Assembly: GCA_905236265.1 (NCBI GenBank)
Contig: CAJOOV010000050.1
Location: 1 to 34,838 of the forward strand
Direction: 5' to 3'
Length of the DNA: 34,838 nucleotides
Origin: an uncultured Oscillospiraceae bacterium
GTDB taxonomy: Bacteria; Bacillota; Clostridia; Oscillospirales; Oscillospiraceae
This document shows, piece after piece, positions 25,582 to 34,838 of this stretch; the first letter of the stretch is position 1; the number at the start of each line of letters is the position of its first letter. A program made the translations under genes and the position numbers. The notes below the pieces were generated by a model, which worked only from the letters and a program-made list of their open reading frames with translations, was not told where the DNA came from and ran no database searches.

Positions 25582-26583
25582 ATGGAAGAGAAAAAACAGG
25601 TGATGCTCTCCGGCATCCAGCCCAGCGGCGAGCTGACGCTGGGCTCCTATCTGGGAGCCATCCGCAACTGGGCGGAGCGTGCGGATCAGTTTGACTGTTA
25701 TTATTTTATGGCGGATATGCACACCATCACCGTGCGCCAGAACCCGGCTGACCTGCGCCGGCGCACCCTGAGCCAGCTTGCCGCCTATATCGCCTGCGGC
25801 CTTGACCCGGAAAAGAACACGCTGTTCATCCAGAGCCATGTGCCGGAGCACGCCCAGCTTGGCTGGGTGCTGAACTGCTATACCATGTACGGTGAGCTGA
25901 CCCGGATGACCCAGTTCAAGGCAAAGAGCGCCCAGCACGCAGAGAACATCAACGCCGGACTGTTTGACTACCCGGTGCTGATGGCGGCGGACATTCTGAT
26001 CTACCAGCCGGACTATGTGCCCGTGGGGGATGACCAGAAGCAGCATGTGGAGCTGTGCCGGGACATTGCCGAGCGGTTCAACGGCATTTACGGGGATGTG
26101 TTCCGGATTCCCCAGCCCTATATCCCCAAGGTGGGTGCCAGAGTGATGAGCCTGACCAGCCCGGAGAACAAGATGTCCAAGTCTGACCATGACCCCAACG
26201 GCTGCGTCTATCTCCTTGAGCGCCCGGAGGACATTGCCCGCAAGTTCAAGCGCGCCGTGACGGACAGCGAGATGAGCGTGCGCTTTGACCCGGCGGCCAA
26301 GCCCGGCATCTCCAACCTGATGCAGATTTACGCCTGCGCCACCGGCAGCAGCTATGACCAGATTCAGCAGGAGTTTGACGGCAGGGGCTACGGCGCATTC
26401 AAAACGGCGGTGGGCGAGGCGGTCATCGAGATGAGCCGCCCCATCCGGGAGGAGACGGAGCGGCTTCTGAAGGACAAGGCCTATCTGGAGCAGGTCTACC
26501 GATCCGGCGCCGAGAAGGCCAGCTATATCGCAGGCAAGACCCTGCGCAAGGTCTACAAGAAGGTGGGCTTTATTCCCCGCTGA
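25582..26583 (+). CDS. trpS: Tryptophan--tRNA ligase
   Basis: SGIQPSG.LTLG, YPVLMAADIL, VPVGDDQKQH, KMSKS; ATG 25582 is better spaced from the RBS than GTG 25573. Confidence 0.97.
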   Translation: MEEKKQVMLSGIQPSGELTLGSYLGAIRNWAERADQFDCYYFMADMHTITVRQNPADLRRRTLSQLAAYIACGLDPEKNTLFIQSHVPEHAQLGWVLNCYTMYGELTRMTQFKAKSAQHAENINAGLFDYPVLMAADILIYQPDYVPVGDDQKQHVELCRDIAERFNGIYGDVFRIPQPYIPKVGARVMSLTSPENKMSKSDHDPNGCVYLLERPEDIARKFKRAVTDSEMSVRFDPAAKPGISNLMQIYACATGSSYDQIQQEFDGRGYGAFKTAVGEAVIEMSRPIREETERLLKDKAYLEQVYRSGAEKASYIAGKTLRKVYKKVGFIPR

Positions 26584-26630
26584 GGGCGGATTCACTATTA
26601 TGCCTGAGTGAGGGAGCAGGGTTTCGTAAC

Positions 26631-27770
26631 ATGAAGCTATTCAATTATCAATCCATGGCGATTGTGGTGGCGGCGCTGCTGATCTCCATGGTGGTGACCA
26701 TGGTCATGATGCCGCTGGTGCGCAGGCTTGCCCTGCGCTTGGGCGCCATTGACATGCCCGGAAAGGTGGGCACAGACAGCGAGCGCCACCTCCACACCAC
26801 GCCCACGCCGAGAATGGGAGGGCTTGCCATCTTTGCGGGGTTCCTTGCGGCAATGCTTACCTTTGTGGAGATCAATCTCCGGCTGGGAACGATGCTGCTG
26901 GGCGCTGTCATTCTGGTGGTGCTGGGCATGGTGGACGATGTAAAAAACCTCTCGGCGGGCTTTAAGCTGGTGGTGCAGGTGGCTGCTGCCTCCATCGCCG
27001 CCTCCGGCGGGAACATGATCCACTATCTCAGCGCCCCCCGGTTCCTCTTTGAGAGCGGGCATCTGGATCTGGGCATCTGGGCCATGCCGGTGACGGTGTT
27101 CTGGATTGTGCTGATTACCAACGCCGTGAACCTGATTGACGGTCTGGACGGGCTTGCCGCAGGGGTGTCGGTGATCTCCTCCATCTGTCTGGTGGTGGTG
27201 GCGCTGGTGTACTCCGATATGACCGTGGCGGTGCTGTGCGGGGCGCTGGCAGGGGGCTGCGTGGGCTTTCTGCCCTATAATATCAGCCCTGCCCGCATCT
27301 TTATGGGGGACACCGGCTCCACCTTCATCGGCTATGTCCTCGCCCTTGCCTCCGTGCAGGGTCTGTTTAAGATTTACGCATTGATCTCCTTTGCCGTGCC
27401 GTTTTTCATGCTGGGACTTCCCATTTTTGACGTGTGCTTTGCGGTAATCTCACGGGTCAGCCACGGTGAGAGCCCTATGAAGGCGGATCGGAAGCATGTC
27501 CACTACCGTCTGCTGGATATGGGTCTGAGCAAGCAGCAGACGGTTGCGGTGCTGTATGTGGTCTCCGGCATTCTGGGGGTCACCGCCGTGCTGCTCAGCA
27601 CGGTGAAGAGCCTTCGCTGGGTGCCCTTCGGGGTTGCGATTCTCTTCTTCGGCTATGTGGCCTACCGCTTCTACCACCACCGCCGGGCGCTGCTCCGGGG
27701 GGAGGGGCATAAGCACAGGGAGATCAGGGTTGACGTGCTCAGCGTGGGGCACAGGGAGAAAAAAGAGTAG
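26631..27770 (+). CDS. MraY/WecA/TagO family undecaprenyl-phosphate GlcNAc-1-P transferase
   Basis: PRMGGLAI, GMVDD, NAVNLIDGLDGLA, FMGDTGS, DRKHVHYRL; many TM helices. Confidence 0.92.
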   Translation: MKLFNYQSMAIVVAALLISMVVTMVMMPLVRRLALRLGAIDMPGKVGTDSERHLHTTPTPRMGGLAIFAGFLAAMLTFVEINLRLGTMLLGAVILVVLGMVDDVKNLSAGFKLVVQVAAASIAASGGNMIHYLSAPRFLFESGHLDLGIWAMPVTVFWIVLITNAVNLIDGLDGLAAGVSVISSICLVVVALVYSDMTVAVLCGALAGGCVGFLPYNISPARIFMGDTGSTFIGYVLALASVQGLFKIYALISFAVPFFMLGLPIFDVCFAVISRVSHGESPMKADRKHVHYRLLDMGLSKQQTVAVLYVVSGILGVTAVLLSTVKSLRWVPFGVAILFFGYVAYRFYHHRRALLRGEGHKHREIRVDVLSVGHREKKE

Positions 27771-27783
27771 TGCTGCCGACCGG

Positions 27784-28059
27784 TCATCCCAGACCCATCA
27801 GCAGCACCAGCGCAAGGATAATCAGCCACTCCTCGTCCTCTGACTCCCGGAACAGATAGATCAGCACCAGCAGCAGGAGGATGTCCCCTGTGTCCAGCTT
27901 CCCCAGCCCCAGCAGATCCAGAATGCCGCCGCCCCCGGCATTCTTTTCATTTCCCAGTAGACGCTGCAGAAAGGACAGGGGAGAGCCGCCGCCCGGATGC
28001 TCTTCCGGTGCCGGCTCCAGAGGCTGAAAGCCCTCCTGAGGCGCATAGCGGTTATACAT
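27784..28059 (-). CDS. Small hypothetical protein with hydrophobic C-terminal hairpin
   Basis: RBS GGGAGG; overlaps the upstream gene by 8 bp; DxGDILLLLVLIYL…WLIILALVLL. Confidence 0.7.
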   Translation of the reverse strand: MYNRYAPQEGFQPLEPAPEEHPGGGSPLSFLQRLLGNEKNAGGGGILDLLGLGKLDTGDILLLLVLIYLFRESEDEEWLIILALVLLMGLG

Positions 28060-28429
28060 CGCCGCCCTCCCGGAGCAGCCCCATGGCGGCCTTAATGACC
28101 CGGCTCAGGCGGGTGATGCGGATGGCCTGATCCAGCTTGCCTGCCCGCTCCTCCCGCAGAAAGGGCTTCATGGCCTGAAGCAGCCGGGTCTTGTCGTCCT
28201 CTCCCTGCTGATAGACGGAGATCAGGGGCATCAGCTTGCCCAGAAGGGCGGGGTCCAGCATCTGGGACAGGGGGTTGGACTCCTGCACGGAGGGGGCGGC
28301 GGCATCCTGGGGCGGCGTATCCCCGCCGGGCGTCTGCTCCCCGGACAGGGAGTTTGCCAGCGACATGATCTGCTCCATGGCCTGGGGAGACGAGAGTATC
28401 TGGTTCAGTTTATCCTCAAACTCGGCCAT
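28052..28429 (-). CDS. Hypothetical helical protein
   Basis: RBS GGAGG; IL..P..M..I..LA..L N-terminus and LL.A.KPFL...R..K.D.AI C-terminus. Confidence 0.75.
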   Translation of the reverse strand: MAEFEDKLNQILSSPQAMEQIMSLANSLSGEQTPGGDTPPQDAAAPSVQESNPLSQMLDPALLGKLMPLISVYQQGEDDKTRLLQAMKPFLREERAGKLDQAIRITRLSRVIKAAMGLLREGGDV

Positions 28430-28447
28430 AGAGACCGCCTCCCGTCT

Positions 28448-28714
28448 TTATTTCGGCATCTGCTTTTTCAGTGAATCCAGCACCCTTCCCCCCTCCGGGC
28501 TCTGACCGACCCGGTTGAGCATGGACTGAAGGGCTGCTGTGTCCCCGTTTTTGGCCTGCTTTGCCGCCTCGTTCAAATCCCCCTGCCGCTGCAGCATCTG
28601 AATCAGCTCCCTCGCCTGAGGGGACTGAACCAGCGTGCGAATGGCGGTGGGGTCATTGAGAATGGACTTCGCCTGAGGGTGCTCCAAAGGGGAAAAGGTT
28701 TGACGATCCGGCAT
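28448..28714 (-). CDS. Small hypothetical protein
   Basis: RBS GGGAGG; first of three tightly spaced co-oriented genes. Confidence 0.7.
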   Translation of the reverse strand: MPDRQTFSPLEHPQAKSILNDPTAIRTLVQSPQARELIQMLQRQGDLNEAAKQAKNGDTAALQSMLNRVGQSPEGGRVLDSLKKQMPK

Positions 28715-28743
28715 ATTGCTTCCTCCCTGTGATAATCTGTTCC

Positions 28744-28772
28744 TATTCTATGCACCGGATAAAGGAGATGTG
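28744..28772 (-). promoter_or_regulatory. sigmaK-like (mother-cell sporulation) promoter
   Basis: Minus strand CACA-16bp-CATAGAATA, matching mACm-N16-CATANNNTA, about 30 nt upstream of the ATG. Confidence 0.55.
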
Positions 28773-28778
28773 TACCCT

Positions 28779-29267
28779 ATGAAGCTCTTAATCCTGTCTG
28801 ATTCCCACGGAAGCGCAGAGAATATGCGCAGGGTGGTTTTGATTGAAAACCCGGATATGCTCCTGTTTCTGGGGGACGGCCAGTGCGACCTGCAGATGAT
28901 TCTGAAGGAGTTTCCGGCGCTGGAATGTCACGCAGTGCGGGGAAACTGCGATTACGCCAGCGACCTTGCGGAGGAAGCGCTGGTAGAGGCGCAGGGCGTG
29001 CGGATTTTCATGTGCCACGGACACACCTACGGCGTGAAGCACAGCTATGACCGGCTGCTGCGCCGGGGATACCTAAAGCGGGCGAAGCTGGTGTTGTCGG
29101 GACATACCCATACTGCGCTGATTCGGGAGCGGCTGGGGCTGACGCTGATAAACCCCGGCTCCGTGGGCTATTATTACGATCCCACCTATGCCGTGGTGTG
29201 GGTGGAGGACGCAAGCGTGGTCAGACAGGAGATCCGGCATTTGCAGTCTCCGGTTTTTGAACCGTGA
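28779..29267 (+). CDS. YfcE/MJ0936-type metallophosphoesterase
   Basis: SDSHG, LGD, RGNCD, HGH, GHTH, NPGS motifs; ATG 28779 after AAGGAG. Confidence 0.92.
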   Translation: MKLLILSDSHGSAENMRRVVLIENPDMLLFLGDGQCDLQMILKEFPALECHAVRGNCDYASDLAEEALVEAQGVRIFMCHGHTYGVKHSYDRLLRRGYLKRAKLVLSGHTHTALIRERLGLTLINPGSVGYYYDPTYAVVWVEDASVVRQEIRHLQSPVFEP

Positions 29268-29281
29268 GCGGCAAATTTCTG

Positions 29282-29309
29282 TTGCCCTGCTGGGGATTCG
29301 TGATATAAT
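29282..29309 (+). promoter_or_regulatory. sigmaA promoter of the murB-rapZ-whiA-dnaE unit
   Basis: TTGCCC-16bp-TATAAT with extended TG. Confidence 0.65.
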
Positions 29310-29395
29310 GGAGCAGCGCTGTCCCATCGGCTGATGCAGACAGCCATCAGATCCGCCTTCTTGCAGGCGGCAGCAAATCAACAGGAGGCATTGCG

Positions 29396-30310
29396 TTGAA
29401 TACCTTCCAGCTATTGAAAACGGAGCTGCACCGGGTCTGTCCCGGTCTTCAGATAAAGGAACACGAGCCTATGAAGGCCCACACCTCCTTCCGCATCGGC
29501 GGGCCTGTGGCGATGATGGCGTTCCCCGTCACCACGGAGGAGACCATTGCCACCATTCAGGCCGCCCGGCGTGTGGGCATCAAGCCGATTCTGCTGGGCA
29601 GGGGGACGAATCTCCTGTGCGGAGACGGCGAGCTGAACTATTTTATGATTAAAACCTATCCCGGACTGAGCCACATGGAGCAGGTGGGCAAAAACGGCAT
29701 CCTCTGCGGCGCAGGCATCCCCATGCGTCAGGTGGCCAGCTTTGCCCAGCAGCACAGTCTGACGGGTCTGGAATTTGCCCACGGCATCCCCGGCTCCATC
29801 GGGGGCGGCGTGGTGATGAACGCCGGTGCCTACGGGGGAGAGCTGGCAAATGTGGTGAAGCAGACCACGGCGCTGGATGAAAACGGAGAGGTCAAGATCT
29901 TCCGGGGGGAGGAGCAGGAGTTTGCCTACCGCAGCAGCGTTTTTATGAAACAGAAGCTGCTGGTGCTGGATGCCCTCATTGAGCTTGCGCCGGGGGACTC
30001 CGTGGCGATTCAGGCGAAGATGGACGACTTTCTTGCCCGCCGCAAGCGGACGCAGCCGCTGGAATACGCCAGCGGCGGCTCCATGTTCAAACGCCCTCAG
30101 GGCGCTTATGCCGCAGCGCTGATCGACAAGTGCGGTCTGAAGGGCTTTCGCATCGGGGATGCGCAGGTGTCGGAGAAGCACGCCGGTTTTGTCATCAACC
30201 GGGATCAAGCCACCTGCGAGGAGATCATGGCGCTGGTGAGCCATGTCCAGAGGGTCGTGCTGGAAAAGACAGGTTTCTCGCTGGAGATGGAGGTCATCCG
30301 TCTGTTCTGA
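29396..30310 (+). CDS. murB: UDP-N-acetylenolpyruvoylglucosamine reductase
   Basis: HTSFRIGG, GLEFAHGIPGSIGG.V.MNAGAYG, QPLEY.S.GS.FKRP, SEKHAGF; TTG start after AGGAGG. Confidence 0.97.
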   Translation: MNTFQLLKTELHRVCPGLQIKEHEPMKAHTSFRIGGPVAMMAFPVTTEETIATIQAARRVGIKPILLGRGTNLLCGDGELNYFMIKTYPGLSHMEQVGKNGILCGAGIPMRQVASFAQQHSLTGLEFAHGIPGSIGGGVVMNAGAYGGELANVVKQTTALDENGEVKIFRGEEQEFAYRSSVFMKQKLLVLDALIELAPGDSVAIQAKMDDFLARRKRTQPLEYASGGSMFKRPQGAYAAALIDKCGLKGFRIGDAQVSEKHAGFVINRDQATCEEIMALVSHVQRVVLEKTGFSLEMEVIRLF

Positions 30311-30358
30311 GCAGATGGGATATACGCAAAGAGAGCTGCCGGAGAGGAGAGAGGACAG

Positions 30359-31234
30359 ATGCGGTTCGTTATCATTTCAGGACTTTCCGGCGCAGGAAAG
30401 AGCAAGGCGGGGGAGTTTCTGGAGGACATCGGCTTTTATACGATAGACAATATGCCCCCGGCACTGATGCCCCGTTTTGCGGAGCTGGCCAAAAGCAATA
30501 CCAGCGGAACCTATGACAGGGTGGCGCTGGTCAGCGACATCCGGGGCGGGCACAGCTTTGAGGCGCTCTTTCAGGCCATGGACGAGATTCGCGATATGGG
30601 CTGTGAGTGCAAGCTGCTGTTTCTGGAGGCCAGCGTGCCCACGGTCATCGCACGCTACAAGGAGACCCGCCGCAGCCATCCCCTTGCCGCAGCAGGGGAG
30701 GGGCTGGAGAGTGCGATCATCAGAGAAAAGCAGCTTCTGGAGCCGGTGCGGGTGCGGGCGGACTATATTCTGGACTCCACCCAGTTCCACACCACGGCGC
30801 AGCTTCGGATTGCGCTTTTGGAGATGTTCTCCCACGGGGAGGACACCCGCCCGGTCTTTACCGTCACGGTACAGTCCTTCGGGTATAAATACGGTATCCC
30901 GCTGGACGGGGACTGGATTATGGACGTGCGCTTTCTGCCAAACCCGTTTTATATCACCCAGCTTCGGAGAAAGACGGGACTGGATCAGGAGGTGGTGGAC
31001 TATCTCAACGGCTTTGCCGCTACGGGGGAGTTTTGCGCCTATATGGAGCAGATGCTGCGCTTTCTCCTGCCTTTGTATGAGGAGGAGGGCAAGACCAATC
31101 TGGTGATCTGTATGGGCTGCACCGGGGGACAGCACCGCTCTGTGGCCATGGCGCACGCTGTGGCAGAAATGGTGGAGCGGCTGGGCTATCCGGTGAGCGA
31201 GACCCACCGGGACATGAACCGGGAGCGGAAATAA
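30359..31234 (+). CDS. rapZ: RapZ/YvcJ family nucleotide-binding protein
   Basis: GLSGAGKS P-loop, DNMP, ETRR.HP, SFGYKYG.P, DVRFLPNP, GCTGGQHRSV. Confidence 0.95.
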   Translation: MRFVIISGLSGAGKSKAGEFLEDIGFYTIDNMPPALMPRFAELAKSNTSGTYDRVALVSDIRGGHSFEALFQAMDEIRDMGCECKLLFLEASVPTVIARYKETRRSHPLAAAGEGLESAIIREKQLLEPVRVRADYILDSTQFHTTAQLRIALLEMFSHGEDTRPVFTVTVQSFGYKYGIPLDGDWIMDVRFLPNPFYITQLRRKTGLDQEVVDYLNGFAATGEFCAYMEQMLRFLLPLYEEEGKTNLVICMGCTGGQHRSVAMAHAVAEMVERLGYPVSETHRDMNRERK

Positions 31235-31276
31235 CCAAAGCGCCGCCGGGAGCATTGACAGAAGAGGGGAGCAGAG

Positions 31277-32173
31277 ATGGCAAAGGAGAGTTTTTCCAGA
31301 GCGGCCAAGGGCGAGCTGTGCCGGGAGAGAATCACGGATACGGCCTGCGCACTGGCGGAGGCATATGGAATCCTGTTGTTTTGCAATACCTTTCAGCCCA
31401 GCGAGATTCGTATGATTACAACCTCCGAGCCGGTGGCAAAGCGATTGCCCCGGCTTTTTTCCCGTGCCTTTGACGTGACCTTCGACCAGCTGCCGGAGCC
31501 GGGCAGCGGGAAATATCACTTCGCCCTGTCAGACGGGGAGAAGCTGGGCAGAATCATGGCCGCTCTGGGATATGACCGGAAGGAACTCTCCATGCACCTG
31601 AACTACGCCGTTTTGGAGGCGGAGGGGACGATTGCCGCCTTTTTCCGGGGCGCATTTCTGGCGGGAGGCTCTGTGTCCGACCCCCGCAAGCGCTACCAGC
31701 TGGAGCTGTCCACCTCCCACTATCGGGCGGCCATGGGACTGCAGCCGCTGATTGCGGAGCTTGGCCTCGCCCCTAAGACGGTGGAGCGGGGGGCAAACTA
31801 TATCACCTACTTCAAACAGAGTGAGGCGATTTCCGATTTCCTCACCGCCATCGGCGCACCGCTGGCGGCCATGGAGATTATGAACGCCAAGCTGGAAAAA
31901 AATATCTATAACAAGGTCAACCGCCGCTCCAACTGCGATATGGCCAATCTGGACAAGGCGGTGGAGGCGGCGCAGAAGAAAATCGCCGATATACAGCGCC
32001 TGAAGGAGAGCGGGGCGTGGGAGACGCTGCCGGAGCCCCTCCGGGAGACCGGGGAGCTTCGGCTGAACCACCCGGAGCTTTCCCTCAGCCAGCTTGCCCA
32101 GCTTGCCGGCGTGTCCAAATCCTGCCTGAACCACCGCCTGAGAAGACTGGCGGAGCTGTCTTTACTCCAATAG
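31277..32173 (+). CDS. whiA: DNA-binding protein WhiA
   Basis: FFRGAFLAGGSVSDP…Y.LE, NRRSNCDMANLDK, RL.HPE.SL..LA, SKS..NHRLR. Confidence 0.95.
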   Translation: MAKESFSRAAKGELCRERITDTACALAEAYGILLFCNTFQPSEIRMITTSEPVAKRLPRLFSRAFDVTFDQLPEPGSGKYHFALSDGEKLGRIMAALGYDRKELSMHLNYAVLEAEGTIAAFFRGAFLAGGSVSDPRKRYQLELSTSHYRAAMGLQPLIAELGLAPKTVERGANYITYFKQSEAISDFLTAIGAPLAAMEIMNAKLEKNIYNKVNRRSNCDMANLDKAVEAAQKKIADIQRLKESGAWETLPEPLRETGELRLNHPELSLSQLAQLAGVSKSCLNHRLRRLAELSLLQ

Positions 32174-32188
32174 AAGGGGGCTTTACCT

Positions 32189-34838
32189 ATGGCATTTGTC
32201 CATCTGCATCTCCATACCGAGTTCTCCCTGCTGGACGGCGCCTGCCGGATTCAGGAGCTGATGCAGCGGCTGAAGGAGCTGGGACAGACCGCTGCTGCCA
32301 TCACTGACCACGGCAATATGTACGGCGTGGTGGACTTCTACAAGGCGTGTCAGAAGGAGGGCATCCACCCGGTCATCGGCTGCGAGGTCTATGTTGCGCC
32401 AAGAACCCGGTTCGACAAGAGCCGGGAGCTTGACATGGGCGCCCGGCATCTGATTCTGCTGTGCAAGAACGAGACAGGGTATCGAAACCTGTCCTATCTT
32501 GTGACAAGGGCAAATCTGGACGGCTTTTATATGCGCCCCCGGATTGACCTTGACCTGCTGCGGGAGCACCATGAGGGGCTGATTGCCCTCTCCGCCTGTC
32601 TGGCCGGGGAGATTCCCCGCCGCCTGCGCAACGGGGACTACCGCGGCGCACGGGAGCACGCCGCCATGATGGCAGAGCTGATGGGAGAGGGAAACTACTA
32701 TATCGAGGTGCAGAACCACAACATCCCGGAGCAGCAGCGGATTCTCCCGGAACTGATCCGCCTTGCCCGTGAGCTGAACCTGCCCCTTGCCGCCACCAAC
32801 GACTGCCACTACCTGCGTAAGGAGGACGCACAGGCACAGGACGTGCTCATGTGCATCCAGACGGGTAAGACGGTGGACGACCCTGACCGCATCCGCATGG
32901 AGACGGAGGAGTTCTACGTCAAGAGCGAGGAGGAAATGCGCGCTCTCTTCCCGGACTGCCCGGAGGCCATTGACAACACGGCGGAGATTGCCCGGCGGTG
33001 TCAGGTGGACTTCCGCTTCGGGCAGTATCACCTGCCGGAGTTTACCTATCCCAAGGGCTACGACGGGGACAGCCTGCTGCTGGAGCTGTGCCAGAAGGGC
33101 TATGAAAGGCGCTATCCCTCCGACCCGCCCGGCTACCGCCAAAGGCTGGAATATGAGCTGAATATGATTCGCACCATGGGCTTTGTGGACTACTTTCTCA
33201 TTGTGGCGGACTTTGTGGGCTACGCCAAGTCAAACAGCATTCCCGTGGGGCCGGGCAGAGGCAGCGCCGCCGGGTCCATGGTGGCATACTGCCTGAATAT
33301 CACCGACGTTGACCCCATGAAGTACGCCCTCTATTTTGAGCGCTTCCTGAACCCGGAGCGGGTCACCATGCCGGATATCGACATGGACTTCTGCTACCGC
33401 CGCCGGGGGGAGGTCATCGACTATGTGAACCGGAAGTACGGGGAAGACCATGTGGCGCAGATCGTCACCTTCGGCACCATGGCGGCACGGGGCGTGCTGC
33501 GGGATGTGGGGCGTGTGCTGAAAATGCCCTACGGCGAGGTGGATCAGATTGCCAAGCAGGTGCCCACCACGCTGCATATCACGCTGGACGAGGCGCTGAA
33601 GGTATCCCCTCAGCTCCGGGAGCGCTACGAGAAGGAGCCCCAGGTCAGGCTTCTCATCGACACCTCCAAAAAAATCGAGGGAATGCCCCGCCATGCCTCC
33701 AGACATGCGGCGGGGGTGGTGATTACCAAGCGCCCGGTCTATGAATATGTCCCTCTGGCCAAAAACGACGACAGCGTGGTCACCCAGTACATCATGACCA
33801 CGCTGGAGGAGCTGGGACTGCTGAAGATGGACTTTCTGGGGCTGAGGAACCTGACGGTGCTGGACGATGCCCAGAGGATGATTCGCCGGAAGAATCCCGG
33901 CTTTGACCTGAACCAAATCCCTGACGACGACCCGGATACCTTTAAAATGCTGCAGGCAGGGCAGACGGCGGGGGTGTTCCAGATGGAGTCTGCGGGCATG
34001 ACCGGCGTGTGCGTCCAGATGAAGGCCTCCAGCATTGAGGACCTGACGGCAATCGTGGCGCTGTACCGCCCCGGCCCTATGGAGTCCATTCCCCGGTTCG
34101 TCCAGTGTAAGACCGACCCCTCCAAAATCCGCTACCTCCACCCCAAGCTGGAGCCGATTCTCTCCGTCACCTACGGCTGCATCGTCTATCAGGAGCAGGT
34201 GATGATGATTTTCCAGCAGCTTGCAGGCTACTCTCTGGGCGGGGCGGACATGGTGCGCCGGGCCATCTCCAAGAAAAAGGCAAAGCAGATTCAGCAGGAG
34301 GAGCAGGCGTTTATCTACGGCGACCCTGAGCGGGGCATTGCCGGGTGCGTGGCAAACGGCATCCCGGAGGAGACAGCGAAAAAGATTTACGGCGAGATCT
34401 ACGACTTTGCCAACTATGCCTTCAACAAGGCGCACGCCGTGTGCTATGCCATTGTGGCCTACCAGACCGCCTATTTCAAATGCCACTACCCTCAGGAGTA
34501 TATGGCGGCGCTGCTGACCAGCATTCTGGACTCCAGCGCAAAGGTGGCGGAGTACATCTCCGCCTGTAAGGATATGGGCATCCGCCTGCTGCCCCCGGAC
34601 GTGAACCAGTCCGGGGCGGACTTCACCGTCTCCGGTTCGGATATCCGCTTCGGCCTTGCGGCGGTGAAGGGCGTGGGACGCACCGTTGTAGAGCGCCTGA
34701 CGGCAGAGCGGGAGGCCAACGGCCCCTTTGCCAGCTTTCAGCAGTTCTGCGAGCGCACCTTTGAGCTGGACTTGAACCGCAGGGCGTTGGAGAACCTGAT
34801 CCGATGCGGTGCCTTTGACAGCATGGGTCTGCGGCGCA
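32189..34838 (+). CDS. dnaE: DNA polymerase III alpha subunit (runs off the window end)
   Basis: MAFVHLHLHTEFSLLDG PHP start, TDHG, GPGRGSAAGS, PDID, YAFNKAH, all checked in the same frame; absent from the ORF track because there is no stop in the window. Confidence 0.97.
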   Translation, partial: MAFVHLHLHTEFSLLDGACRIQELMQRLKELGQTAAAITDHGNMYGVVDFYKACQKEGIHPVIGCEVYVAPRTRFDKSRELDMGARHLILLCKNETGYRNLSYLVTRANLDGFYMRPRIDLDLLREHHEGLIALSACLAGEIPRRLRNGDYRGAREHAAMMAELMGEGNYYIEVQNHNIPEQQRILPELIRLARELNLPLAATNDCHYLRKEDAQAQDVLMCIQTGKTVDDPDRIRMETEEFYVKSEEEMRALFPDCPEAIDNTAEIARRCQVDFRFGQYHLPEFTYPKGYDGDSLLLELCQKGYERRYPSDPPGYRQRLEYELNMIRTMGFVDYFLIVADFVGYAKSNSIPVGPGRGSAAGSMVAYCLNITDVDPMKYALYFERFLNPERVTMPDIDMDFCYRRRGEVIDYVNRKYGEDHVAQIVTFGTMAARGVLRDVGRVLKMPYGEVDQIAKQVPTTLHITLDEALKVSPQLRERYEKEPQVRLLIDTSKKIEGMPRHASRHAAGVVITKRPVYEYVPLAKNDDSVVTQYIMTTLEELGLLKMDFLGLRNLTVLDDAQRMIRRKNPGFDLNQIPDDDPDTFKMLQAGQTAGVFQMESAGMTGVCVQMKASSIEDLTAIVALYRPGPMESIPRFVQCKTDPSKIRYLHPKLEPILSVTYGCIVYQEQVMMIFQQLAGYSLGGADMVRRAISKKKAKQIQQEEQAFIYGDPERGIAGCVANGIPEETAKKIYGEIYDFANYAFNKAHAVCYAIVAYQTAYFKCHYPQEYMAALLTSILDSSAKVAEYISACKDMGIRLLPPDVNQSGADFTVSGSDIRFGLAAVKGVGRTVVERLTAEREANGPFASFQQFCERTFELDLNRRALENLIRCGAFDSMGLRR

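Noticed and set aside
29310-29395. Two small hairpins in the murB leader as a regulatory RNA
   Set aside because: Six-bp GC-rich stems are expected by chance at this GC content, and there is no terminator or known motif.
32189-34838. Intein or frameshift in dnaE
   Set aside because: The motifs checked (PHP start, GRGSAAGS, PDID, YAFNKAH) are in one frame at normal spacing.

Overview
GC-rich chromosomal window that looks like an Oscillospiraceae/Clostridia (Bacillota) genome; the taxon is inferred from gene content and codon style. Left to right: (1) an accessory export/maturation operon with a trigger-factor-like chaperone lacking the ribosome-binding domain, a polyferredoxin with an internal twin-arginine-like motif, and tatB-like, tatA and tatC; (2) an xylB-DUF4867-fucose-isomerase-like (XylA-II type) pentose operon with a divergent AraC regulator and a Gfo/Idh/MocA oxidoreductase; (3) mixed accessory genes: PAS-GGDEF-EAL, YunG-like, an XRE/desulfoferrodoxin fusion, PAP2, DUF3795-like and SH3b-YARHG; (4) core genes cobB, icd, an NlpC/P60 hydrolase, polA, rimI, tsaD, trpS, tagO-like, murB, rapZ, whiA and the 5' part of dnaE. 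The best candidate for an undescribed system is the Tat + PceT/RdhT-like chaperone + NapF-like polyferredoxin module. Other leads are a sigmaK-like three-gene operon of unknown function, a WalR-like box upstream of the cell-wall hydrolase operon, a DnaA-box cluster between tsaD and trpS, and a possible superoxide-sensing regulator. I saw no rRNA, tRNA, CRISPR array or mobile element. All assignments come from reading motifs by eye; no database searches were run.
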